Under the pieces are notes generated by a model that saw only the letters and a program-made list of their open reading frames with translations, did not search any database and was not told where the DNA came from. Shown piece after piece: positions 30,301 through 39,800 of a stretch of DNA of 61,583 nucleotides (position 1 is the first letter of the stretch; each line of letters starts with the position of its first letter). Source of the DNA: a virus (taxonomy: Duplodnaviria > Caudoviricetes). The position numbers and the translations under genes are program-made. The DNA lies in IMG/VR virus record IMGVR_UViG_3300025085_000018, positions 1 through 61,583 of that record; one strand, given 5' to 3'.

Positions 30301-32299
30301 CTCAGGTGCAATATATAGAAATACTCAATTTAGCCCTTCTTCGTCTGCAGATGACATAGAATTAATAGGTACAACAAAAGACGTTTTTCCAGAAATAACT
30401 TTTAACACAGCAGTTTCAGCGGGAACTGGTAACCCATTTTGTATATATGATTTTGACACAAATCCTTATATATCTAAAATCTCCACACAACAAGCTATTG
30501 GGGTTACTGAGGTTGAATTTACTTCACCATCTGGCACGTATGATTACCCAGCGGTTATGGGTCTAGCTGTTCTAGAGACATCACCTTTTGTTTCTCAATT
30601 AGAATTATTTTACGAAGCAACAACAACTGGTTTAATATCTGATTTAAATTATGGCGTACAAAATACAACTGGTGGTATAAACGGTATTAGCATAAGCCCT
30701 AACCAAAGCTTTAGTGAAGATGCCGCAAGTGGTTCTAGGGTAACGCCTGATTTTTTTCCTACAAGCGGTGGTGTAATCAACACGCTTTACAATGCTACCT
30801 TAATATCTGTATTTAATTACTCTTACGGTACATCTAATTTAAATAGTACTAATTATGGATTACCTAATTTAGATCAAAGGTTTTCTTTACAACCTGGATC
30901 AGTGACTGGTAGTTATAAAATACAAACTGAAGATACTTTTTACGCTGGTAGTATAAATGAAATTGGTGCTGATGCTGATTACAGCGGTAAATATTTAGCT
31001 ACCGTAAGATTTACACTAGGCTCTGTTTCTGTAGATCAAACTATAGTAATGCAACTTGTAAATTCAAATCCTACAGTGCAAACAGTACCAAGCCCTAGCC
31101 CAACAGGGTCTATTAGTGGTGAAACTATATTTACCGTAAATAGTTCACCTAGAGGTTTCAACGGTAGTGCGACTAACCCTGCTACACCTGGAGCGCCAAA
31201 TAATGCTAACTGGTCTATTTTTCAACCTTCAAATAGTTTTGGGTGGAGCATACAGTCAGTCACAACAACTAGTCCAACTAATGTTCAAACTCAATACACC
31301 ACAGCATCCTCTATAACTAGTGTCTTAAAAATAACCGATCAACAGGTGATTGATGGTTCTTTAAGATTTAAGTTAGTATCTAGCGGTACAAATGGTAATC
31401 AATCAGGTTATACTTACTTAGTTGTTATGAAATTAACAGATACTAGAGGTGGCACAGTGACTACAAACGTAAGCTATAGCGTAGCTGCTTCAACATATAC
31501 TAGTTCACAGGTAGCTGCAACATATTACACGTCTGGAACTGGTTATACTACGAATGATACAGCAATGACATCAAGTACTAATTTTGGTGTAATTTCAGGC
31601 ATGGGCTTGTCAATGCCTAGGTTTATAGGTCAAATTCAAAACTGGACAACACAAGATATATGGTTGGTTGCTTACTTAGAGGTTAGTGGAACCCCTCCTA
31701 ACACTTATGCAAATGGATTTAGTATGCGTTTTGGTGAAGTTCAAAATGCTGATACATGGAACACTGGTACAATAGGTCAAAGATTAAATGGCGGATCTGG
31801 TGGCAGTGGATATGCTTTAGAAGCAGCTAGAAAAGTTGAACTTAGTGGAGGTCCTAGCTTTCAAAATGTGTGGTCTGGATCTCTTGGTAAGTTAAAAGCT
31901 TTTACCGCAAACAACGGATCTACAGCAGGTCAAACAATGATTAACGCAGGTGTTAGACCTGGACAAGTTAATACAGCTGGTGGAAACTTAGGTAATTACG
32001 ATTTTTCAGACTGTGCTTTAGTTAATTTAGCTTTTAGTATATCAGGTGGTTACCCTGATCCTAACACTCTTTTACCACCTAACACTAGAGTAGCGCTACC
32101 TCCATATACTGTAATAGCAAAATTATACTGGACAACACAACAACCACAATTTAACGTTGCCCCATACCAACCAACGTTAATACAGAATCTTATAGATTCA
32201 CCATCACTACCATTTTATCCAGCTACAGTTGGTGGAACAAACTTTGCTGTATCACCTACAGCAACAGGCACTCCAGCTGCAACAGGACCAGCTAATTAA
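27398..32299 (+). CDS. Large tail (stabilisation/nozzle-like) protein with inserted Fib_succ_major-like domain
   Basis: N-terminal MNKDLDERLIPNNEYRDALN; beta-propeller-like LLFFSDNNNQPRKINI; inserted domain at ~27992-28555. Confidence 0.75.
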   Translation: MAEIKNSFIRSKMNKDLDERLIPNNEYRDALNVAVSRSEASDVGALESILGNFLRIDNGNINIEIIGVYVDQSRGLAYYFATDHSGTAQAPLSASCFIAVYNTASNNSTKLVSGSWLNFSKDFPVHGISLIEDLLFFSDNNNQPRKINITKDFGYYNSEDQISVAKFAPYLAAEFIDLRSNSLLKPSTMSDASDPLQTNIGSITVSAVNLNVSSYRNGDPIPEAQSNQAWADADANEQGAWCYYENSLANGSVYGKLYNRYAIEDPRGLAPIGFNVIPSGVWSSDIISGTTPATRLKSTTSWDANPGTNTTGFNVLAAGHRDAAGTFAGLGTEARFWAREDTTPTPPLSATGDYILMTSADQAATKLSAAPEADNINGYSVRLLKDAGYNGWNGDPDYLRDKFVKFSYRFKFDDNEYSVVAPFSQDVFIPEQEGQFLNDDETKAFVSTVVEFMQNSINNAILNITLPSLNILTDYKIKGIDILFKQSDTQAYQILESIVVDQSFIDNLNNTNIYQYDYQSTLPIKTLPSQEAARVFDKVPVTSLAQETSGNRIMYGNFVQGKSGQKGLDYYVDIAEKDNQIFTEYPQHSLKQNRNYQVGVILADKFGRQTDIILSNYDNLLDSEGNPQPGSNVFSNYNNVSFNGSVAGWQGDTLKINFNSLIPELANANNVSGYPGVYAIGNYYTITTASVSYPIFFRDLSTQSITSTANQTVFVFNGLVYDDAIQASNSYCVYKNIGDGFIKLESSEYSIVDDGNDQPQVTLASGANLGDVIKFELLFTADNYYKYQTGTTNAAQPLFQDFETTYQNYFTIGKTFAGLFTDYVDIKTVTTIGTPVTSVEVFTNQEVAEKYLFDNTSTGRPEPALTTNDLPRSYATYDINVDGFYSYRIGVKQQQQDYYNVYLPGFVNGYPIDGSTLEQGETAFTTLVSDNINKLPRNLQEVGPLQNQFTSDERVFPRVTNTVQVTSTSGAIYRNTQFSPSSSADDIELIGTTKDVFPEITFNTAVSAGTGNPFCIYDFDTNPYISKISTQQAIGVTEVEFTSPSGTYDYPAVMGLAVLETSPFVSQLELFYEATTTGLISDLNYGVQNTTGGINGISISPNQSFSEDAASGSRVTPDFFPTSGGVINTLYNATLISVFNYSYGTSNLNSTNYGLPNLDQRFSLQPGSVTGSYKIQTEDTFYAGSINEIGADADYSGKYLATVRFTLGSVSVDQTIVMQLVNSNPTVQTVPSPSPTGSISGETIFTVNSSPRGFNGSATNPATPGAPNNANWSIFQPSNSFGWSIQSVTTTSPTNVQTQYTTASSITSVLKITDQQVIDGSLRFKLVSSGTNGNQSGYTYLVVMKLTDTRGGTVTTNVSYSVAASTYTSSQVAATYYTSGTGYTTNDTAMTSSTNFGVISGMGLSMPRFIGQIQNWTTQDIWLVAYLEVSGTPPNTYANGFSMRFGEVQNADTWNTGTIGQRLNGGSGGSGYALEAARKVELSGGPSFQNVWSGSLGKLKAFTANNGSTAGQTMINAGVRPGQVNTAGGNLGNYDFSDCALVNLAFSISGGYPDPNTLLPPNTRVALPPYTVIAKLYWTTQQPQFNVAPYQPTLIQNLIDSPSLPFYPATVGGTNFAVSPTATGTPAATGPAN

Positions 32300-32312
32300 A
32301 GTTAATAATCAA

Positions 32313-32329
32313 AAAAACAAGTAATAATA
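32313..32329 (+). promoter_or_regulatory. Candidate late promoter motif AAAAACAAGTAATAATA (copy 2)
   Basis: Exact match to 9270-9286; ends 4 nt upstream of ATG 32334. Confidence 0.55.
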
Positions 32330-32333
32330 TAAT

Positions 32334-33650
32334 ATGGGCTTTCCTCTACAGATAAAATACTACAATACCTATGTATTAAAGAAAATTGCGGACTCATCGC
32401 TTTCAGATAGAAACTGGTATGTGGAAGAGTCTAGAATAAGAGGTGGATACAACAACGTGCAAACAGGTTTGTCTCCAAGAGCTTTTTTAGTATCTGAAAA
32501 TAATGCACAAGAAAATTTATCTAACTCTATTATATATTCAGGTATATTTAACTCTAGAACTGGTATAAATCAATCTAACCAATTTCCATCTGGTCAAGAT
32601 ATAACTAGAACCGTAGACCCATCAAAAGGTAGTATACAAAAGCTTTATGCGGAAAATACTAATCTTACTATATTTCAAGAAAGAAAAGTAAATAGAGCAT
32701 TGATAGATAAAGATGCTGTATATACACAAGAAGGAGTACCTATGCAAACGACTTCAAACGTTGTTATAGGTGCAATACAACCTTACGCTGGTGAATTTGG
32801 TATATCTACTAACCCTGAAAGCTTTGCTGTACATGGTTATAGAAAATACTTTACTGATGCTAAGCAAGGGTCTGTTTTAAGGCTATCACAAGATGGTATA
32901 ACAGAAATATCTAACTATGGTATGTATGACTTTTTTAGAGATCAACTAGGGTCTTTATCTAGTGGTAAGGCTATAGGTGGTTACGATATACATAACAAGT
33001 GTTACACGTTGTCTATACAACCAGCATCTAGTTCTTTAACACCGCAAACCATTAGTTTTGATGAAAACGTTAAAGGTTGGACAAGTAGATATAGTTACAT
33101 ACCAAGTAACATGTTTAGCGTACAAAATAATTTTTATTCTACTGTTAGGTCTCAAGAAAAAATAGAGAAATATAATGCAACAGGAGAAGAAATAGGTGAT
33201 ATATACCAACATTATAACGATAATGTAAATAGAGGTAATTTTTACGCAACTCAATATACTAGTGAAATACAAAGTATATTTAATATAAATCCATCTGTAG
33301 TGAAAAACTTTCAAACAATAAACTACGAAGGTGGACCTAACTGGTCTATGACTAGCTTTGTTACAAACGAAGATCAGGCTAATGCTATTGGAGTGTTCAA
33401 CATGCCTTTAACTTTAGCCGACATGGAAGTTAGTTTATTAAAAAATGAGTTTAAACAAAAAGAAGATAAATACTTTGCTGACTTAATTAACACAAGTGCT
33501 TTTACGCAAGGCGAAGTTATTTATGGTAAATCAGTATCTGGTGTTAAAGGATTCTTTGCAACAGTATCTTTACAAGCTACTAATACAGCTACATCTGGCA
33601 CTAACGAACTTTTTGCCATATCAACAAACTATAAAGAATCATCTTATTAA
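32334..33650 (+). CDS. Tail stabilisation-like protein
   Basis: GEFGISTNPESFA...YFTDAKQGSVLRLSQDGITEIS...GWTSRYSY propeller-like motifs. Confidence 0.65.
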   Translation: MGFPLQIKYYNTYVLKKIADSSLSDRNWYVEESRIRGGYNNVQTGLSPRAFLVSENNAQENLSNSIIYSGIFNSRTGINQSNQFPSGQDITRTVDPSKGSIQKLYAENTNLTIFQERKVNRALIDKDAVYTQEGVPMQTTSNVVIGAIQPYAGEFGISTNPESFAVHGYRKYFTDAKQGSVLRLSQDGITEISNYGMYDFFRDQLGSLSSGKAIGGYDIHNKCYTLSIQPASSSLTPQTISFDENVKGWTSRYSYIPSNMFSVQNNFYSTVRSQEKIEKYNATGEEIGDIYQHYNDNVNRGNFYATQYTSEIQSIFNINPSVVKNFQTINYEGGPNWSMTSFVTNEDQANAIGVFNMPLTLADMEVSLLKNEFKQKEDKYFADLINTSAFTQGEVIYGKSVSGVKGFFATVSLQATNTATSGTNELFAISTNYKESSY

Positions 33651-33651
33651 T

Positions 33652-34062
33652 ATGAAAAAAATAATAATCATAGCATTAACATTAATACTTACGTCTTGCG
33701 GAAGTAAATATAATTTTTCAAACTATAAAATCAAAAGCATACTAACTATAACAGAAGCAGGTGATACACTTGCTGTACCTGTTAGAGATTTTAAGTTTAG
33801 AGTGCTTGATAGAAGAATAGAAGAATTAATAGATCGTAATGCGTTTAGATATCAATATAGACAAGACTGGAGATGGAACTATAATGTGTATCCTATTCCA
33901 CGTTCAAACCAAAGACCTAGCTTTAATAGACCTAGTTCTATAAAACCTAACTACACAAAACCAAGAGTAGTTAAACCAATAGAAAACTCAGTGCCATTAA
34001 AACCTAGTATAGGTAGGCCAGAAGTTAATTCTACCAAAGTCAAGTCTAGAATAAAAAATTAA
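33652..34062 (+). CDS. Predicted lipoprotein
   Basis: MKKIIIIALTLILTS|C lipobox; start moved to 33652; Pro/Arg/Ser-rich tail. Confidence 0.75.
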   Translation: MKKIIIIALTLILTSCGSKYNFSNYKIKSILTITEAGDTLAVPVRDFKFRVLDRRIEELIDRNAFRYQYRQDWRWNYNVYPIPRSNQRPSFNRPSSIKPNYTKPRVVKPIENSVPLKPSIGRPEVNSTKVKSRIKN

Positions 34063-34464
34063 ATGAAATTAAGAACATTAACAGAGCAAGACTGGGATAC
34101 CTTATGTAACTGGTGGGAGGCTTGGCCTGAGTGGGTTAATCCACCTAAATCTTTTTTACCTGATAACGGTAAAGGAGGTTTTATGGTTGAAAAAGAAGGA
34201 AAACCAATATGTGCTGGATTTATATACCTAACTAACTCTGATGCGGTTTTATTAGAGTGGATTGTTTCTGATCCAGAATACAGAGAAGATGACCGTAAAG
34301 ATGCTTTAGAATTGCTTATAACAGGCGCTGAAGCTGCTTGTAAAGAGATAGGTAAGAAATATATGTTTACTATAGGTAGAAATAAAAACCTAATAAACAC
34401 ACATAAGAAATTAAGATGGAATGTTGACACTAAACCATCGTATGAAATAATAAAAACAATATAA
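34063..34464 (+). CDS. GNAT-fold acetyltransferase-like protein
   Basis: GFMVEKEGKPICAGFIY...LEWIVSDPEYR; located just before the ejection proteins, as in many podoviruses. Confidence 0.65.
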   Translation: MKLRTLTEQDWDTLCNWWEAWPEWVNPPKSFLPDNGKGGFMVEKEGKPICAGFIYLTNSDAVLLEWIVSDPEYREDDRKDALELLITGAEAACKEIGKKYMFTIGRNKNLINTHKKLRWNVDTKPSYEIIKTI

Positions 34465-34465
34465 T

Positions 34466-35197
34466 ATGGCAGTAGGAACAGCATTAGCAATTGGAGCAGG
34501 TATTTCTGCAATAGGAGGTGCGGTAGCATCTAACCAAGCGGATAAAGCTGGTAAAAGAGCAGGTCGAGCAGCAGCTAGAGCTCAGGCAGAAATTGATAGA
34601 ATAAAAAACTCTAGGGTTACTTTAACAAATCCTTATGCAGGTAATCAAAACTTGTCTAGTTTAGCTCAAGATTTAAGTGCTATGATAACAAATCCTTTCG
34701 CGAGTTTATCTGTAGCTACGCAGGCTGCTGAAATACAAATGGAGCAATCTGATATAGCTTTAGCTAATTCACTAGATACATTAGCAGCAACAGGTGCTAG
34801 CGCGGGTGGCGCAACAGCTTTAGCTCAAGCTGCTTTAGCTAGTAAAAAAGGTGTATCATCTAGTATAGAACAACAAGAAGTTGCTAACGAGAAACTAAGA
34901 GCAGATGGTCAATCTAAAATGGAGCAAATGAAAATGCAAGAAGCTCAAAGAATACAAGGTGTACAAATAGCAGAAGGTCAAAGAATGCAAAGTCAGCAAG
35001 CTGCTGGGCAACAATTCTTAACTCAAATGCAAGAAAATAGAACAACAATGGACTTAAACGCTGCGGCGGGTCAAAAACAACAAGCAATGGCTAATCAAGC
35101 TTCTGCAGCTCAAGCTCAAGCTCAAGCCTGGGGTGGTGCTATAAGTGGTGTAACTGGTATGATTGGTGCAGCTGCTGGTGGTGGAGCATTTGAGTAA
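34466..35197 (+). CDS. Internal virion / DNA ejection protein (small)
   Basis: Ala/Gly/Gln-rich with hydrophobic Gly-rich termini. Confidence 0.7.
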   Translation: MAVGTALAIGAGISAIGGAVASNQADKAGKRAGRAAARAQAEIDRIKNSRVTLTNPYAGNQNLSSLAQDLSAMITNPFASLSVATQAAEIQMEQSDIALANSLDTLAATGASAGGATALAQAALASKKGVSSSIEQQEVANEKLRADGQSKMEQMKMQEAQRIQGVQIAEGQRMQSQQAAGQQFLTQMQENRTTMDLNAAAGQKQQAMANQASAAQAQAQAWGGAISGVTGMIGAAAGGGAFE

Positions 35198-35215
35198 CTA
35201 AATCAAAAACAAAAA

Positions 35216-36850
35216 ATGGGAGCATACGATAATCCAACAATAATAAAAGACATGTACGGAGCTGAAGCTTGGGCGGCAGCTGCTAACCAAATTTCTAACG
35301 CTTCTGTTGGCATGGTTAAGTCATTTGCTGATGCTGCTGTAAAAAGAGCAGATAAAGCTGAAAAAGAAGAAAAAGATAGAGCAGCTCTTGAAGCAAGTGT
35401 AACCATTAAGCAAGCTGAAGCTGCTAACAAAAACTTTAATTCTGAAGAATGGCAAAATACACCCAAAAGTTTAATGGACCAAGCTAAAGATTATAATAAT
35501 TTTAATATGCTAGGTGGTGTTCATAATATAAATGGAGTGGATGTTGATTTTGGTATTGGTTCTGTTAAAGCTGAAATGTTAGTAAACGATCCTAACACTT
35601 CTTCAGAAGATAGAGTTAAATACATGTCTATAGTTAATGATGCTAAAAATTCACTAAGTACATTTGCTCAAGAAGCAGGTTTAGTTTTAGCTGATGAAAA
35701 AGACTTTAACGCTTCTTTAACATCAACTGGATCTTATTATTCTGGTACTGATAATCTTGAAAGATTTGAAAGTCAACTAGTGGCTAACGCTTTATATAAT
35801 AAAAACGGTATAATGCCAGAAGGTTTTGATGTTCAAAAAACATATTCTAAAGTATTTAAAGATGATCAGTCTAAGTTTTCACAAACACTTTTAACTTTTG
35901 ATTTTACAACTAACATAAATAATCCTTTATTACCTGAAGATCTTCGTGCTAAACTTGAAAAAAGCCAAGATGAAAATGGTAATGTAACAATTAAAAAAGA
36001 ATACAACTTAAGTGATGGTAGTTGGGATGGTAATTTAATTAATCCTAAAGAGTTAGAAAACGCTGATTACTTATCAGCCTCTAAAGGTTTAACTAATGAG
36101 TCGGGTGTTTTTAGTGATAAAATGGAAGTACCTTTAGCTAGTACCTCTAGTATAAGAAAAGGTAAAGATTTAAATGTTCAAACAGTATCTAAATGGATGG
36201 ATGTTAGTGCTTACGAATCAGCCGTTAAAGAAACTACTAAAAAACAAGCAGCGTCAGCTTTTGCTTTAATGAGTCAAACACAACAAGGTTTTGAGGCTTA
36301 TCTTAGAAACATGGAGCCTAAGTCAGCTATACCTGAGTATAATGAATTACTTAAAAACAAAAAACTAACTTCCAGTGAAATACTTTCTTTATTAGAAGAA
36401 ACAGAAATGAAGTCAGCTAAGTATAAAGTAGGTTTACTAGAAGGTGTTTCTGATCCAGATGGTTTTCAAATGACAAGAAGAGCAATAACACAAGCTGAAA
36501 TAAATGATTTAAAAGCTGCAGGTATACCAGCTGCTGAAAATATGAATGTAGGTGACATGCAGTATTTTAAAACTAAGTCTACAGAAAAACAAAAAGTAAA
36601 ATCAAGTAGTAGTGGTAGTAGTAGAAAAGGTAATACTGAAAAACAACAAGAAAAAATTGATTTTGCTAGTGACGTTGCTAATAACCCTGATTCTTTTAAA
36701 ATAATGAGAACAATACCTGGATCAGGTGGTAGAAAAATAAAATTAAATAGTGATGGAACTTATAAAATTTATGGAAAAGACAATAGTCCTGTTCCAGGAA
36801 GAACTAGCGTAAGCAAAGAAGATTTAATGAAAATTTATCCAATTAAATAA
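35216..36850 (+). CDS. Internal virion / ejection protein (middle)
   Basis: Position between small and giant ejection-type genes. Confidence 0.55.
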   Translation: MGAYDNPTIIKDMYGAEAWAAAANQISNASVGMVKSFADAAVKRADKAEKEEKDRAALEASVTIKQAEAANKNFNSEEWQNTPKSLMDQAKDYNNFNMLGGVHNINGVDVDFGIGSVKAEMLVNDPNTSSEDRVKYMSIVNDAKNSLSTFAQEAGLVLADEKDFNASLTSTGSYYSGTDNLERFESQLVANALYNKNGIMPEGFDVQKTYSKVFKDDQSKFSQTLLTFDFTTNINNPLLPEDLRAKLEKSQDENGNVTIKKEYNLSDGSWDGNLINPKELENADYLSASKGLTNESGVFSDKMEVPLASTSSIRKGKDLNVQTVSKWMDVSAYESAVKETTKKQAASAFALMSQTQQGFEAYLRNMEPKSAIPEYNELLKNKKLTSSEILSLLEETEMKSAKYKVGLLEGVSDPDGFQMTRRAITQAEINDLKAAGIPAAENMNVGDMQYFKTKSTEKQKVKSSSSGSSRKGNTEKQQEKIDFASDVANNPDSFKIMRTIPGSGGRKIKLNSDGTYKIYGKDNSPVPGRTSVSKEDLMKIYPIK

Positions 36851-36857
36851 AAATAAA

Positions 36858-39800
36858 ATGGCAATAGATCCAATTTATATACACCCACTATATGGAGAGC
36901 TTTCAGCTGAAGAAATTAACGCTTTAGCTGAAGAGAACAATATGAGTTTAGAAGATTATTTAGCAGATCAAAATGTTGAATTCAAAGAATCTGAACCTGT
37001 AGGTACAGGTACTGTTCTTAGAAACGAAGAAGTTGACTTAGATTCTTTTTATGATCCATCAAAAAAAGTACCAGTTGTTGCAGCAGAGGATGCGGGTGTA
37101 GCAACGGAGATAGACGAGACATCCAAGTTGGAATCACAATTGGAAGATATTTTATCGGAATACAAAAAAGTAAATAATAGTTTTTATGGTGATACATACA
37201 ATGGTAGTGTTGCTGGTAAAATGTTACTTGATGAGCGTTATAGTAATGTAAGAAGTAAATTAAAAAAAGCTTATCAAAATTCTGAAATGGACATAAATAA
37301 ACCTATGTCTATTATAGATAAAACAGAAGAAGAAGTTCAGTCTTTTTTAATGAACGAGTATCCTGGTGTTTATATAGAACAGACTGGTGTAAGAAATGCA
37401 TTAAATATAACTTTACCTGGAGAAAATAAATCTACAGAATTAGACTTACAACCTTTCACTTTAGATGGTAGAGACGAAGCTGTAGATATACTAAAAAAAT
37501 TAGATAAAGCATATAAAAACCAGACAGACGAAGAATTGGTTATTAATACTGTTGGTCAATTAGCTGATGTATTAGGCGAAACAAAAGATGATAGGTCTAT
37601 AAATAAAGCTTTAGAAGGTACAGGTTATAGCGTTTCTATTAATGCAGCTAGTGGATCTTTCAAAGACGGTACTAATCAACCATACTCTTATAATGTTATA
37701 AAAGACGGTAATGTAATTAAGGAAAAACTAGATGTTTCTGAGTTAAGATCTTTTATGACAGAAGATTTAGGTAAAGAAGGTTACGCGGCTATAATGAAAA
37801 ATAGCTATGAAGCAACTAGCAATTACTTAGAAACAAAAGCTAGAGATATAAAAAAAGAAGAGACAGTTATAAAATCTGATAAATCTCTAGATTTAAAATA
37901 TTTTAAAAATACTTTTGCTGATGATATAATAGCAAACATAAATCAAGTTTTACCAGAAGACTTAAGCTCTGAAGAACAAGAGCAAATTAAATCTTACATG
38001 GAAAATAACGCTATAGGTGAAATGGTTTATAACGCTAAGCTAGATAAAATGGTTAAAGCGCCTAGCAAAATTGATGATGACGTTAATAAAATGAAAGATC
38101 TAAGTGGTTTACCACAAGCTATCTTAGATAAAATACAACAAGCTGGTGGCGTAAAATTTATACAAGGTATGTATAAAGCTGGTATTGAAAACCTAAAAAA
38201 AGAAGAACTGCTTGACAGATCTAGAACCATAGGTGAAAAAATAATGGCTAATTCTGGTAATCAAAACCTAATAAGATTAGGTCAAGGCATTGCTGGAATT
38301 GAAAAAAATAAATTTGATCAAAGAATAAAAGAGCAAGTCAAAGAGCTTCCTAAAATATACGAAGAAAGATTTGGAGAGGTATTAAATACTAGAGCAAAAG
38401 AAATATTAGAAAATGCACCAAGAGATACTAAGTTAAGTATAGACTACACGCCAAGTGGTGATCCTATTTTTTCTTTAACAAATGATAGAAATCTTAGTAC
38501 TGAGGAAGGTAGATTATTTAAAGAAGCAGAGTCTCAAATATTTAAACTACAAAATGACTTTGCTAATCTTCAATTAGATTATTCTGCTACATTAAGTAAT
38601 ATGCAGCAAGAAGTTTCTGAGTTTTATGCTGCTAATCCTGTTGATGCTGATGTTTTTAAAGATTCTATGAAAGAATATGGACTAGGTAGTTTGTTTGCTA
38701 AAGATGTCAACGATGCTTTTGCTGGAATATTATTAGCCGCACCTACTTTAGTTAACTCTGATTGGGCTTTAGAAGCTCAAAAAAGATTAAATGCTAAAAA
38801 TGATTACTTTGAAACAATGGGTAGCTATGATGATGGGGATTTTGGTACTTTCTTTTTTAGAACATTAGGCCAGCAATCGGGTAATATAACACTAGCTATA
38901 GCTACCGGAGGTATTGGCTCTGCTGCAGGACTATCTTCTGCTATGACAGCTAATGCTATTGGTGGTTTATTTGGTTTGTCATCAGGTACACAAACATACA
39001 GAGATCTTAAAACACAGCAACAAATAGTAGGAACAGCTGATAAACAAGCTAAAATTGCTCTAGACGCTTACGAAAATGGAGTTATAGATTTATATACTTA
39101 TACTAATACTATGAGAGATATAAACAAAACTAAAGCTATGAGTGAAATAAGCGACGATCAAATAGTTAGCGCATCATTAGCTAATGGTATAATTGAAGGT
39201 ACTGTAACTAGATTTTTAGGTACAGCACCAAACACAATAAAGCTTTTAAAAGATTTTAAAGCACCTACGTCGTTAACAAGTGTATCTAAAAATTTATACG
39301 CGAATAAATACGAAAAAATAGCTGACTTAATAGGTAAACCACTATTAATGCGTGGTTCAGGAGAACTTGCTGAAGAAGAATTAATATATGGTGGTCAACA
39401 GTTTATAACAGAGTTTGGTATACTTGATAGAGAATTAGATCTTAGTGCTTGGGATGATACCGCTATGTCTACCATAATAACACTAGGTGTTTCACAAAGC
39501 CCAGGTGTTGCTTATTCTGGTATGGTAAATTATAATGCTACAAAAGATTTTGAAAAGAAAATAAACAAACTTAGAGTTAACAACAATGAGCTTAGCACAT
39601 TAATACAAGACTCTAAGTTAGACGCTAAACAGAAAAAATTATTACTTTCTGATATGGCTGAAAACTTAAAAGAACAAGGTTTAGAAGTTGACAGACTAGG
39701 CGTAGACATATTAGGTCGTAATTCTAACGATATAAAAAGATTAATAGGTACGGAGTTAATTAAATCACAGATTTTAGCTCAAGCAGGTGTTATGCCAGGT

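Noticed and set aside
3527-34065. In-frame stop immediately followed by ATG at 3527-3532, 19137-19142 and 34060-34065, suggesting readthrough or stop-codon reassignment as in some crAss-like phages
   Set aside because: All long genes are intact in the standard code, each downstream ORF has its own ATG and a plausible N-terminus, and no suppressor tRNA is seen. Tight packing explains it.
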